A stretch of DNA of 64,000 bases from an uncultured virus (IMG/VR IMGVR_UViG_3300008954_000038). Lineage: Duplodnaviria; Heunggongvirae; Uroviricota; Caudoviricetes. Shown piece by piece: positions 14,854 to 26,000 of this stretch. The DNA lies in the IMG/VR virus record IMGVR_UViG_3300008954_000038; one strand, 5' to 3'. Position numbers and translations under genes: made by a program. Numbering within the stretch: position 1 is the stretch's first letter; each line of letters starts with the position of its first letter. A model generated the notes under the pieces. That model did no database searches and was not told the origin of the DNA. It saw only the letters and a program-made list of their open reading frames with translations.

Positions 14854-15485
14854 TGGGTTTAGTTTCTATAAAAAAATTCTTAAAAGACAAAGGTTATTTA
14901 GAGAAAACTATTAGGAACTCCACTGTTGTCTCAAAGCAGGCAAATGTTCTTATGAAGAAAAGAGTAGGTGGCCTAAAGGGTGTTATTTTGAAAGAGTTTG
15001 ATAGGCATCCTGTCACCAGAGAACTGAGCCAAGGTCCTGCTGGAGTAAATGTATCAAACACTTTAAATGGAATAGGTAATTTATTTAGTTTTATAGGCTT
15101 CTATAAAGGTCAAAACGTTATTGGCCCAGTAAGAGACATGCTAAAGTCTCACTTTAGTTTAGTAGGAGCTCAGGGTAAAAAAAGAGGCCGTAAAGGTGTT
15201 GAGGCTTTTACTTATCAAATAGATTTTCCTACTCTAAATTCTTTTGATCTGGTATCACGCATGCCTTGGGAAAGCGGAAATAGTTGGATTGTTGGTATAG
15301 AAAGAGGTATCTCGGGTTTCAGTCATTTTATGTATTTAAAATTTGGCGAAGGCAAAGAGTTAACTAGTAAATCCAGATCTGGCAAAGGTTTGCAGAGCAG
15401 AAAAACACTAAATGCTGGAATTTTTAAACCCACACCTTATATAACAGAGATGTTAAACAACTACAGAAAAAGGCTTAAAGCGTAA
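14853..15485 (+). CDS. Putative neck/tail-completion protein (basic)
   Basis: 210 aa, K/R-rich, ending FKPTPYITEML; third position in the neck cluster, as for HK97 gp10-like proteins. Assigned by synteny. Confidence 0.45.
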   Translation: MGLVSIKKFLKDKGYLEKTIRNSTVVSKQANVLMKKRVGGLKGVILKEFDRHPVTRELSQGPAGVNVSNTLNGIGNLFSFIGFYKGQNVIGPVRDMLKSHFSLVGAQGKKRGRKGVEAFTYQIDFPTLNSFDLVSRMPWESGNSWIVGIERGISGFSHFMYLKFGEGKELTSKSRSGKGLQSRKTLNAGIFKPTPYITEMLNNYRKRLKA

Positions 15486-16384
15486 TGAAAGTTCAATACG
15501 AAAACAAAGTTATGAGTAGTTTGCTGCTTTTTGTTGATCATGAAGTTACGCAAAAGGGTGACGCTTATACTAACCATGGTTCGGCTTTTTATAAGATAGA
15601 TAGCTTGTTTTCTGATTATTATGTTTACGCTTCTCCATACAAGCAGTTAGTGGCTGATACTAGTATCACGGGAACAACAACGCCAAATATTTTAACTGGA
15701 ATATACTTCTCAGCTCCCGGAACAACTGATTACACCGAAGGACCTATGCATGTTCAAAGTGGTACTCCTCCGTGGGGCTTTGATTCCGTAAACCATATGC
15801 AGGGGCAGCTTTATTTTACTGGTGATAGTGATCCGGTAGGTGGGTCAGGAATTAGCGGATCTTACGCAATAAAAGAATTTAATGTATTTTTAACTAGTAT
15901 GCCGGAAGAACAACTCCTTTTTGAGACTAAGTTGGCTTTAAATCCGAGAACTAGTGACGCTAATCCTTCTGTTGGTATGGAAGCTAACGCGCAATCTTAT
16001 CCTGCTATATTTATTAAAGATAATGGGGGTACAAGCGAAGAGTTTGCTTTAGGTGGAGTCGAAGACACGATTGTTAACGCTAGAGCAATTGTTCTAGCTG
16101 ATTCTATGTTTTCTTTAGACGCTGTTTGCGGTATCCTAAAGGATACAGTGCGTAAAAGCATGCCAATAATTGAGCAGTCAGATTTAAATTTAAATGCCTT
16201 GGGAGCCTTTACAGGTGTAAATTATAATTATACAGGTTCGGCAACAGGAGCTTATTGCTACATAGACAGGGTTTCGGTATCAAAAAACATAGCTAATAGG
16301 GGGGATTTTGAAAATCTGAACCCCAACGTATTTTCAGCTTTTGTAGATTTTGAGCTGCATAATCATCGTATGCCTAGACTTTAA
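15485..16384 (+). CDS. Putative tail terminator protein
   Basis: 299 aa, directly before the tail tube; YPAIFI motif and C-terminal AFVDFEL strand are typical of terminator-like folds. Confidence 0.5.
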   Translation: MKVQYENKVMSSLLLFVDHEVTQKGDAYTNHGSAFYKIDSLFSDYYVYASPYKQLVADTSITGTTTPNILTGIYFSAPGTTDYTEGPMHVQSGTPPWGFDSVNHMQGQLYFTGDSDPVGGSGISGSYAIKEFNVFLTSMPEEQLLFETKLALNPRTSDANPSVGMEANAQSYPAIFIKDNGGTSEEFALGGVEDTIVNARAIVLADSMFSLDAVCGILKDTVRKSMPIIEQSDLNLNALGAFTGVNYNYTGSATGAYCYIDRVSVSKNIANRGDFENLNPNVFSAFVDFELHNHRMPRL

Positions 16385-16410
16385 AATTTATTTCTCTGAG
16401 GATATTTAAA

Positions 16411-16423
16411 AATGTAATAACTA
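16411..16423 (+). promoter_or_regulatory. AATGTAAT-N3-TA motif variant upstream of the tail tube gene
   Basis: aatgtaataacta followed by an AAGGAG Shine-Dalgarno and the ATG at 16451. Confidence 0.5.
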
Positions 16424-16450
16424 CTAAGAAAACAGAAGGAGAATTTAATT

Positions 16451-17566
16451 ATGGCTATTCAAAATGCAGGCACATTAGATGCAACCACCGGAGGAGATGC
16501 AGCGAGGAAGAGAGTTATCTACCAAAGTGAGGCTCTTTTCGCCAACAAGGCTGGCGGCACCACTACGGAATCGCACAATATTAAGAGGGTTCAGAGTATA
16601 AACTACAGTTTTACTGTCCCTAGAACAGACGTTAACCAATATGGTACTTTAGGTCAGATAGAAAGGGTTATCACAGAGGTTCCTACCGTGAACTTAGATT
16701 TCTCTTACCATATGAATGGGATCGCTAACGAAGCAAAGCTTTTGGGAGACGGTTCTGATGGGGCCAGCTATGGCTTTTTGAGAGATATAAACTTGGCAAC
16801 TAGCGATTATTACGAAATGGACTTCAAGGTCGGTTTATCAAGTGAAGGTCTTGACTATAACTCAGGAAATGCTCCTACTAAAAAGGGCATTATTATTCCG
16901 AAAGGATTTTTGAGTTCTTACTCTTGGACTGGAGCAGTTGGAGATGTTCCTAATGCTACAGTAAACGCTGAGTCAACTAGAATGGAAGTACCGAACGACT
17001 CTACCGGATTTCCAAGTGTTGCAGCCTTTACTGAGACAAAGCCTGTTGTATTGAGACCCGGAAATGTTGTCTTTTCTCATACTGCTGCGGACGGTACGCC
17101 TGTAGCGGGTGAAAACGATTTGCCTGTTTTAGGTTTTGATACCCTTCATGTTCAGAGTTTTACAGTTTCTATCGACATTCCTAGAGAATCAATTTCGAGA
17201 CTGGGAGATAAGTTTGAGTATGCGAGAGTTATTACTTTCCCAATGCAGGCTACTATGTCTCTTGAGGCTATTATCTCCTCTCAGGCCGCAAGTAAGCTAG
17301 AGGATATTGTTGGCACCACTGGAGGATCTGCTCCTGATCCCGGATATAATATAGATATTTATTGTAAGAAGCCGACTACGGACGCAGCCACTGAGGGTAT
17401 CAATTTAAGGTTTAAAAATGCTAAGATCGAAGGACATTCCATTAGCTCTAGCATAGGAGCCAATAAATCTGTTACTCTAGACTATGCTGTACAGGTAGAT
17501 GGCGGTGGGCTTTCATATGGTGCAGCAGGCGCAGGTTTCTTTATGCAGCAGCATACATCGGTTTAA
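16451..17566 (+). CDS. Major tail tube protein
   Basis: RVQSINYSFTVPRTDVNQYGTLG and HVQSFTVSIDIPRESISRLGDK are two tail-tube-type beta-hairpin loops. Strong SD, own terminator, and position between neck genes and chaperones/TMP. Confidence 0.8.
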   Translation: MAIQNAGTLDATTGGDAARKRVIYQSEALFANKAGGTTTESHNIKRVQSINYSFTVPRTDVNQYGTLGQIERVITEVPTVNLDFSYHMNGIANEAKLLGDGSDGASYGFLRDINLATSDYYEMDFKVGLSSEGLDYNSGNAPTKKGIIIPKGFLSSYSWTGAVGDVPNATVNAESTRMEVPNDSTGFPSVAAFTETKPVVLRPGNVVFSHTAADGTPVAGENDLPVLGFDTLHVQSFTVSIDIPRESISRLGDKFEYARVITFPMQATMSLEAIISSQAASKLEDIVGTTGGSAPDPGYNIDIYCKKPTTDAATEGINLRFKNAKIEGHSISSSIGANKSVTLDYAVQVDGGGLSYGAAGAGFFMQQHTSV

Positions 17567-17597
17567 TCCGTTTTATTAAAATTCTCTTTCTTTTAAG

Positions 17598-17630
17598 AAA
17601 AATCCCCGTTCGCGGGGATTTTTTTGTTTT
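17598..17630 (+). terminator. Rho-independent terminator with UUCG loop
   Basis: aaaaatccccg-ttcg-cggggattttt followed by a T tract. Confidence 0.9.
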
Positions 17631-17676
17631 TATTCTTATTTTTTTATATAACTTGTGAAGGATAAAGGTTTTAATT

Positions 17677-17973
17677 ATGGAAGAACAAGCTGAAATAAAG
17701 GATGTCATTTCCTTTCAGGTTCATAGAAATATAATAAATTTATATAAAAAATACTTCGAAATAACAGAGGATTTGCTACTTGAGCATAGGCTTTTCGTCT
17801 CTAAAATTCAAACAAAGCTACAATCTTCTAAATCAGATATTAATTTAAAAGACTTAGATTATTTTACTGATGAAAAATTTAACCAAATTAGAAAAAAAAT
17901 TCTTGACGCTGGTAATGATGCCACTAGAGAATTAGATAAAGCTCTTGAATTCGTTGATATAGTTTTAAAATAA
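17677..17973 (+). CDS. Hypothetical 98-aa helical protein
   Basis: AAGG upstream and tightly packed with the next gene; contains IRKKILDAGNDATRELD. No family recognised. Confidence 0.7.
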   Translation: MEEQAEIKDVISFQVHRNIINLYKKYFEITEDLLLEHRLFVSKIQTKLQSSKSDINLKDLDYFTDEKFNQIRKKILDAGNDATRELDKALEFVDIVLK

Positions 17974-17974
17974 A

Positions 17975-19000
17975 ATGAGTGAGAACAACAAAAAAGAAGA
18001 AGTAGAAGCGCCGCCAATCAATACTAAGAAATGGCTTTATAGTTTTCCTATTACTAGAACATACGAAAAAGAAGTAGAGGAAACCCGTAAAGAAAACGGA
18101 GAAGAAATTAAGGTAACTAAAAAGAAATTAATTAAGGAAGAAGTAGAGGTTTACCTAAAAAGACCCACAAGAAAGATGTACGATGAGTGCAATCTTTTTT
18201 ATTCAGTTGAAATATCTAAGGGAGTAAAGGCTGGTCTGCTAACCAGAGCAATGATATCCAAAAGATATAAAAACGATGGGGGAGGACTAAGCGAAGAAGA
18301 ACAAAAAGAATTCGCACAAGGCTACAACGAGCTCTTGATTAAAGAAAAGGAGTTCCAAGTAGTCCAGCTAAATTTACAAGAAGACGAAAAACTATCTCTT
18401 AAAGAAAGACAAGACATGCTGGAGAAGCTCGTTGAAGAAATAGAGACTTTAAAGGCTGACCTAGAGAAATATGAAGTTGCTGCAGAAAGTCTTTATGAGC
18501 ATACTGCCGAATCTAGGGCAGCTAGGTTAACGAACATGTGGTGGCTTTTCTTTTTAACTTATGTTAAGTTTGTGAACGAAGACCGTGGTGGTATAGATGA
18601 CTACGCACCTTTCTTTAATGGGAAAAACTTTGACGCAAAATCAGAAAATTACGAACAAATAGAACTGGGTATTCAAGAGTCAGAAGAAAAGAGGTTTGAC
18701 AACTTTGAAGCCGCTTTAATAGAAAAATCTAGTTATTTGCTTGCTGCTTGGAATGGCGGGAATGCGAAAACTTATGAAGACTTTAAAAAGGTAGATCTTT
18801 CTTTAGAGTACATCAAAGAAGAAGTTAGAAAAGACGAGGCTTTACAGGAGGTATACGACGATAAAATAAAACAACTAGCTGGGTTAGAGATAGAGATACC
18901 TCCTGTATCCACTGAAGAAGAACCTCAAGAGAGTACCGAAGAAGAGCCTAAAGAAGAGCCTAAGGGGGAACCTGTGAAACCAGAGGCTGAAGGTGGCTGA
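17975..19000 (+). CDS. Putative tail assembly chaperone
   Basis: Acidic and coiled-coil-rich, with a YLKRPTRK motif; lies between tube and tape measure genes; E/P-rich C-terminal repeats. Confidence 0.55.
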   Translation: MSENNKKEEVEAPPINTKKWLYSFPITRTYEKEVEETRKENGEEIKVTKKKLIKEEVEVYLKRPTRKMYDECNLFYSVEISKGVKAGLLTRAMISKRYKNDGGGLSEEEQKEFAQGYNELLIKEKEFQVVQLNLQEDEKLSLKERQDMLEKLVEEIETLKADLEKYEVAAESLYEHTAESRAARLTNMWWLFFLTYVKFVNEDRGGIDDYAPFFNGKNFDAKSENYEQIELGIQESEEKRFDNFEAALIEKSSYLLAAWNGGNAKTYEDFKKVDLSLEYIKEEVRKDEALQEVYDDKIKQLAGLEIEIPPVSTEEEPQESTEEEPKEEPKGEPVKPEAEGG

Positions 19001-20003
19001 AGAACTAAAAAATTCTTTTAAAGAGTGCAAAAGACTCTATAGGGATATAATCTTCGGGTTTTCTGAAAAACGATTCAGCGCCTCAAAGAGAAAAGTATAC
19101 TTAAAGCACCCTAATCAAATAGATACAGGGGAATCAGACAAAAAGTATGACGATTACTTTTTTCTTGCTCAGGAAAAGGGATTAAAGTCCGAAGAAGAAG
19201 CCTTAAGTTTTATTATAAAAGAGGGCTTATGGTCTGAAGATCTGGAAGAGGAGCTAAAACAAGACAGGGAGAGGCTGAAAACTCTATATCTTACAAAAGA
19301 AAAACTTATAATTAAAAAACAAGTAGACTCTTTAATGGAGGATATAAAACCTATAGAAAATAAAATTTACTTACTTGACCACGAAAGAACAGAGCACATA
19401 GGGCTTACTGCTGAAACATTTGCTTTAAAGAAGGTAAATGAATTTAAAATACAGCGATCTTTTTTTAAAAATAAAGAGCTAAAGGATGCTTTTTATTCTG
19501 AGGAAGAGTTTGATTTATTGGAGCAACAAGAAGTCAGCGAGTGTCTATCTTTATTTGGCCAAATGTTTATGGATTTTTCCTCTGATCAAGTAAAGCTTAT
19601 TGCTATAAGCCCCTTTTTCATGAATGATTTTTATTTATGCGGAGAAAATTCAGCAGATTTTTTTCGTAAACCTATTATTGAATTAACTAATTTTCAAACG
19701 TCTTTACTTTCTTCTGGTAGATATTACAAAAGTTTAATAAGTAACTCTAAACCTGCTCCGGAAGAATACTATGAAACGCCCAGAAAGCTTACAGAATGGT
19801 ACCATTTACAAGATAAGACTCAAGCGGTCAAAGATTCATTAGAAAGCAAGGGCGAAGCAGGCGGCAAGTCTATAGTAGGAGCTAATGCAAAAGAGCTAAA
19901 AGCGTTAGAATCTGAGAACGAGCAAGTTATTGACCTCAATGCAATAGCTCAAGAAAAGGGAGAGCTTAGTTTTGAGGAAATCCTAAAGCTTCACGGAATA
20001 TAG
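18993..20003 (+). CDS. Putative second tail assembly chaperone
   Basis: GTG start overlaps the previous gene by 8 nt; YLKHP motif parallels YLKRP of the previous gene; directly upstream of the TMP. Confidence 0.5.
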   Translation: MAEELKNSFKECKRLYRDIIFGFSEKRFSASKRKVYLKHPNQIDTGESDKKYDDYFFLAQEKGLKSEEEALSFIIKEGLWSEDLEEELKQDRERLKTLYLTKEKLIIKKQVDSLMEDIKPIENKIYLLDHERTEHIGLTAETFALKKVNEFKIQRSFFKNKELKDAFYSEEEFDLLEQQEVSECLSLFGQMFMDFSSDQVKLIAISPFFMNDFYLCGENSADFFRKPIIELTNFQTSLLSSGRYYKSLISNSKPAPEEYYETPRKLTEWYHLQDKTQAVKDSLESKGEAGGKSIVGANAKELKALESENEQVIDLNAIAQEKGELSFEEILKLHGI

Positions 20004-20013
20004 GCCATATTTA

Positions 20014-20027
20014 AGTGTAATTATTTA
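20014..20027 (+). promoter_or_regulatory. AGTGTAAT motif upstream of the tape measure gene
   Basis: agtgtaattattta in the 44-bp intergenic gap. Confidence 0.55.
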
Positions 20028-20047
20028 AGATTACGGCTTAAGGGAAT

Positions 20048-23000
20048 ATGGCTAGAGATAAAATTCATATTGATTTAGTATTAAACACCAAGGGTTTTAG
20101 ACCTTTGGGTCGTATTAATGGTCAATTAGGCGAATTTGAAAAATCTCTAGACGCTTCCAATGCTCGTGTTCTTGCGTTTGGAGCTTCAGCTGGAGCAATT
20201 CTAGCTGTTAAGAAAGCTTTTACGGCTACAGTTAAAGCAGCGATAGAGGTTGAAAAATCTCTCCAAGATATTAACGTTATTCTTGGAGCTACTAGCGCAA
20301 ACCTTAAGAAATTTGGATCAGAGCTTTTTGAAATAGCTTCGAAAACAGGTCAGGCTTTTCAAGTCGCTGCCACAGCAGCTACAGAATTAGCTAGGCAGGG
20401 TTTGGGTACAGAAGAAACCCTGAAGAGAACCAGAGATGCTCTTATCTTAGCAAGACTGGCCGGTATGGATGCTGCAGAAGCTGTTAATGCTCTTACTGCG
20501 GCTATTAACACCTTTAATAAGGCAGGCTTAGACAGCACTACTATAATTAATAAATTAGCTAATGTTGATGCTGCATTTGCTGTTAGCTCTGACGACTTAG
20601 CAAAAGCCCTTGGTCGTGTTGGTGCCTCAGCTAAAAGTGCAGGCGTAAGCTTTGATCAGCTTTTGGCTATTGTTACTACCGTTCAGCAAAAAACAGCTCG
20701 AGGCGGTGCTGTGATTGGCAACAGTTTTAAAACTATATTTACCAGAATTCAGAGACCAAGAGTTATTAAAGAACTTGAAAATTTAGGCATTGCTATTAGA
20801 GGCGTTGAGGGCGAAGTTCTGCCAGCGATGAAAGTTTTGCAAAATTTAGCAAGACAATTTGACAATCTAAGTCAATCTCAGAAAGCCCAGATAACAGAAT
20901 TAATAGGTGGCGTATTCCAAGTCAACATATTAAAAGCTGCTATGAGCGATTTAAGCAAGGAAACAGGTATATATAATAGAGCATTAGGAGTATCTATCGG
21001 TTCCAGCGACCAAGCCTTAAGAAGAAACGAGGAGCTTAATAAAACTTTAGCTGCTCAATTCCAAAGAACAGTAAATACATTCAAAGAAGGAGCTGCGGAG
21101 CTAGGAGAATTAACTCTCGGTCCTGCTTTAGAAAGAATGTTTGGTTTTGTGGATGAGATGAGTAAGATTGGCGAATCGGACTTTGGTAAAGTTGGTGTTT
21201 CTATAGCTAAGAGTATATTTGAAGGTTTAGGTAAGTTTATTTCCGGCCCCGGTTTGTTGGTTATTGGGTTAGTATTATTTAAAACTTTTTCTCAATTAGG
21301 TAAGTTCGCTGCTGACGCTTTTAAAACTTTAACTGGTTTAAATAAAACTTTACAGACTCAGCAAAGTTTGCAAAGACAGGTATTTGATGTACTAAGTGAG
21401 AACCCAGACTTACTTAAGAAGATTAAAGACGGAACTATGAGCGTTGAGGATGCTCATGAAGCAATATACGACCAAATTAAAAAGAACACTGGTGCTTTAG
21501 ACGATCAACTCTTAGTTTCTCAGCAGCTAGCTAGAAATTTAATGAGTGGTGGAGTAGGCTACTCTGCTGACTTTGGTGCAACTACAGGTAAAAAGCCCCG
21601 TAAGTTCGGAAGTGCTGGGTATATACCTAGTTTCGCTGCTGATAGGGGAGAAGTGCTTGGTATGATGGCTGGAGGATACTCCAAGTCTCAAATAAAAAAT
21701 CCCAAGACAAGGCAACAAACCATACACGATGGTCGCGGGGGAGTGTTTAATGCTACAGTAAACGGTCACGAATCGGTATTTACATCAGAGAACTCAAGAG
21801 GTAAGAAAGCTACATTCGTAGTTCCTCCAAAAAACTCAAAAGCTTATGATGGGTACATGGCAGCTTTATCCGGCGGCTTTGTTCCTAACTTTATGGGAAG
21901 TCAGGCAGATCTCAACAGGCTAAAAGAGATTAAAGAAGCATTTGCAGAAGTAAGCAGATCTCAAAACCCTAAAGTAATGGCAGATAGACAAAAGTTGGTA
22001 TTGGAAGCCAGAGCACTGGGTTATAAATTTGGTTTAGACAAAGACCGAAGTGGAGACCCAAATACAAGCTTTCATGGTGCGATGCCTCAAAAGATTTTTA
22101 CAGATGCTGGAAAACGTTACGCCGAAAATTTAAGAGGACTAGCAGAACAAAAGATGGTAAAGCAAGGAAAGGCTGCTGTTGGTCCTCAGGGTGAATTCAG
22201 AGGGGAAATTGGTGAAGACGGCCTCATTAAAGGGCTAGAAGGACGCGGTGCGAAACCGGGACTTAAGGTATACGATGCTAGAAAAAAATACGGCTTATTA
22301 GGTTTGTACGGTGTTAAAGAGACAAATAAAGGTTACGCTGAGGCCCCTATTGCCGAAATATCTAAGTTAAAAAAGATCGCTAAACTATCTCCTGAAGATG
22401 CTAAGAGAAACAGCAGACTAGGTTTTGAAAGAGTGGGTTTTAAAAATTTACAATATAGATCGGTAACTGATTACCATGAAGACGCTGCCCAAGATAAATG
22501 GTTTTCTGGTGCTGTCAGGGAAGAGTTTGCCAAACCAACACAGAAGCTAGCTAAGAGATTTTCAGAAAGACTTCTTCAAGGTAAGGGTGCTATAGCTGTT
22601 AAAATTGCTAAAAGCGGACCGGCTCTTTTTCCTCATGGTGCAGAAGGAGAGATTTTTGAAACAATCGCCAACTCCTTATCAAGCGGGTCGTCAGATGCTT
22701 TTAAAGAGGCTTTAAAAAGTGACCCAAACAAAACTTGGGATTTCGAAGGGGGAGGAAAGTTCAGCGATCATTTTAATTTCAAGAAAGTGGCTGGTGCAAA
22801 ATTTGATGGTAAAAGAACGCTTACCGAAAACGCTAGCAAATCTTTAGTTAATAAAATAGTTAATACGCCGGGTGGCCCAGCTCAGGGAGAGGTTGACGCA
22901 TTATCAAAAATATTAGGGGGTCAGGCTAAAAAAGCCGTAAAGAAAGGAAAAAGAAAAGCAGGAGGCTTTATACCAAACTTTAACGCTCTCTTCGAGGCAG

Positions 23001-26000
23001 TCCGTAGGGAAAGAGAAGCCGGTGTGCCCGCAGGTAGAATAAGGGTTGGCCGTAGCGATAGATTAAAGAACTCCGCAAACCCAAGCGGTTTTGGTATATA
23101 CAACACCAGAGATGAACCCATGGGGCTTAATCAAGGCATTAATAATAGCGTGGCTGCTGGTATAGACCCTAAGAGGAAAGGTATGGCTAGTGGCCATATC
23201 CCTAACTTTAGATGGAATAAGGGTGTGACTAAAGCACAAGTCACAGGTGCTGGTTTTGAATACAACAGCGCTGGGGTACAAGAATTCAAAAAAAGCCAAA
23301 ATGAGCTCACCAAAGCTACCAAACAACAAACTAGCTCCGCTATGAGTACCTTGGTAGTGATGGGATTGCTTCAGCAAGGCATAACTGGACTAAATAACGC
23401 TGTAGACGAAAATAACAACAAAGCAAAAGGTATAATAAACGCATTGGGGGCTGTTGCTTCTACAATAATGGCTGCAAAATTCGCATCAGGCGAGCTTAGA
23501 GAGATGGGGATGAACAGGCTCTCTGCTGAAAGAAGAGATGCTGTACAGGCAGGAAAAATCGGCTTGGGTCGCGCGTCTTTTGGCGAAGTCAAAGACAAGT
23601 TTAAGGGGAATATAGCAGCTGCCAGAAAGAAAAAGGGGCTCGGAAAAGTGGCAGGAATGGCGAGGGCCGGGATGTCGGCGACTGGCGGCTTAGCTGCAGC
23701 TGGTTCTGTTGGGTTGGCTGCTTCTGGGGCTTTGACTGCAATTGCTGGCACGGCCGCTGTCTTTAACCAAATTGGTGTATTAGCCACTCAAACAGATTTT
23801 AGCGCAACCTTTAAGGAGGCTAGAGTAGCCGGTAAGATGCTAGAAAAGCAAAAAGAATCAACAGAGAAAAATATAGCCAAGCTTAATAAATTTGGTACGG
23901 CTGCTGAGCAAGCAGCGAAAACTTTTGAAGATCAAAACGCAACGATGAGTCAAGTGTTGGATGCTTCAAGAAAAATGCAAAAGGAATTAGATAAGCTACC
24001 TATAGAATTTAGAACTAAGCTTGGTGGAATCATGGATCCTGAAAAGGTTAATACCATGATTCAGCAGTTTGTATCTGACGAACAGAAAAAAACTCAAAAA
24101 GCTCAAAACAGGAAAGACGCGGCCGATACATTAGAGGCAACTAGGGAAAAAACTTATATGGATGTATTTGCTAATCCTATAGATACTCTCATTAACCTCG
24201 GAACCGCAGGTAATTTAAGTGGTAAAACACCAGAAGAAATTGCCCAAGACCAAAAACAGGTAAAGGGTGTTGCTGCGGGTATACTACAAAGGACCATAGA
24301 AAGGAACAAGGGTAAGTTCGAAGCGATGGATGAAGAAGATTTTCTAAAGAGATTTGGGGGAGCTAAAGATGACGAAGAGAGGAGAGCGGTAGCTAAAGAA
24401 CTTGGGATGAGCGATGCGGATTACGCTATATGGACCAAATGGATACAACATGGCGGGGAGGATTTTCAGAAACTCGCGGGGCATATGGCTAATTTAATTG
24501 CAGAGACAAAAGCTCAACTACAAGTAGAGAAGGCAATGAAGCCTATAAGAGAAGCGCTGCTAAAACAAAATAGAGCTCAGTTAAAAGCTATTAAAGATCG
24601 AAAAAGAGTTCTGGAATCAGAGCAGAAAATAAGGAAAGAAGTCATAAAAATTACAGCCGCAGGAGCCAAATCCTTCCTTACTGAAGTTGGTAAAATTAAA
24701 CTTGACACACATCTTAAAATAGGCGAAGCCAGACAGGAAAAAGCAACTCAATTTGGAGGCGTAATATCTCAAACTCAAAAAGCTTTAACTAAAGCTTCAG
24801 GTAGCGAGGCCCTTGCCGGAACAGCCGTAGAAGCAGATATAAAGAAGACTCTTGCTACGGCTTCAAGGGGCGGTGTAGGTTCGGTTAGCCAAGCCACGAT
24901 AGATACTCAAACAACTGAGCTAGACAATTTAATAGCTCAATTAGAAAATTCTGATAAAGCTGAAGACCCTTTGGTAAAACAACAAGTCACAGAACTTCAA
25001 AGCTTAAAAGCGGAGCTTCAAAACCTAGGTGGTACGAGCGACAGACTCAAGGAAGAGCTTAAACTGCAGACAAAAGAAATTCGCGCAGCGGCAGCAGCTC
25101 AAAAAATGGTAGCAGACCAGCAAAGGAGGCTCAAGTCTTTTGGCGGACCTCAGGCGCTTCTTGATCCAACTAAACTAGACCCAATGTTGTCTAAAATAAG
25201 TGCCGGTGGTAAAGCTATGATGGCATCAGCAAGATCTGGGAGTAGGACAGGTTTTAACAGAGGTCTTATAAATCAGTTATCCGGTATGCAAGAAATGATG
25301 GGAGGCGAACTTCCGGAACCTATGCGAAGACGAGGCGTAGCTGCTGCTACTCAGGTAGGAGTGAGCCAAATGTCAACCTTAAACCGAGTCATGGGGTTTG
25401 GTATGTCTCCACAAGAAATTAGAAAAGCAGCTTCAGAGCAAGCTAATAATCTTTTTAAAGGCGACCCTCAACAGCAAAACACTAAGGCTCTCGAAACTTT
25501 AAATACGACTTTGATGGCCAACAATGATTTAATTAAACATAGTCGTCAAGACAGAGTTGAAATAGGGGCAAAAGAAATGCGATTTGGCCAAGATTCTGCT
25601 ACAAGGCAAATAGGGTTTATGCAACGAATGCAGGGAGCTGATGCGGTTAAACAAGCGGGAGCAAGAGACTTGGGGAGCCTTACTCGCTCCATGTTAGATT
25701 TTAGGCAGAGTGGCGGAGATTATTTTGTGGATGAAAACGCGCATATGATGGGAAGCAAGGATTATAAACCTAAAATTGTTAAAAGGCGAGCAGATAAAAA
25801 CATGTCAAACGAAGATCTCGTTAAGCACTTTGAATGGAAAAAAGGCCCAAGAGAGGGTTCTCATGAAGATGAAAATTCATGGATGTTACGGGAAGTAGAT
25901 GGAGAAAGAATGCGTCCACAACAGTTCGGGGAGACACGAGACGCTTACAATAAGGAATCCCGGGAATGGGAATTTAATAAACATATAGAAGGAGCAAGAG

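Noticed and set aside
18955..19000. Lambda G/GT-type -1 frameshift between the two tail chaperones (aagggggaa)
   Set aside because: The downstream ORF is in the +1 frame, no canonical X XXY YYZ heptamer is in register, and it has its own GTG start.
13877..20003. Contractile tail or contractile injection system
   Set aside because: No sheath, gp25-like or baseplate-J-like gene is recognisable around the tube gene; the order neck-tube-chaperones-TMP fits a non-contractile tail. Genes outside the window cannot be excluded.
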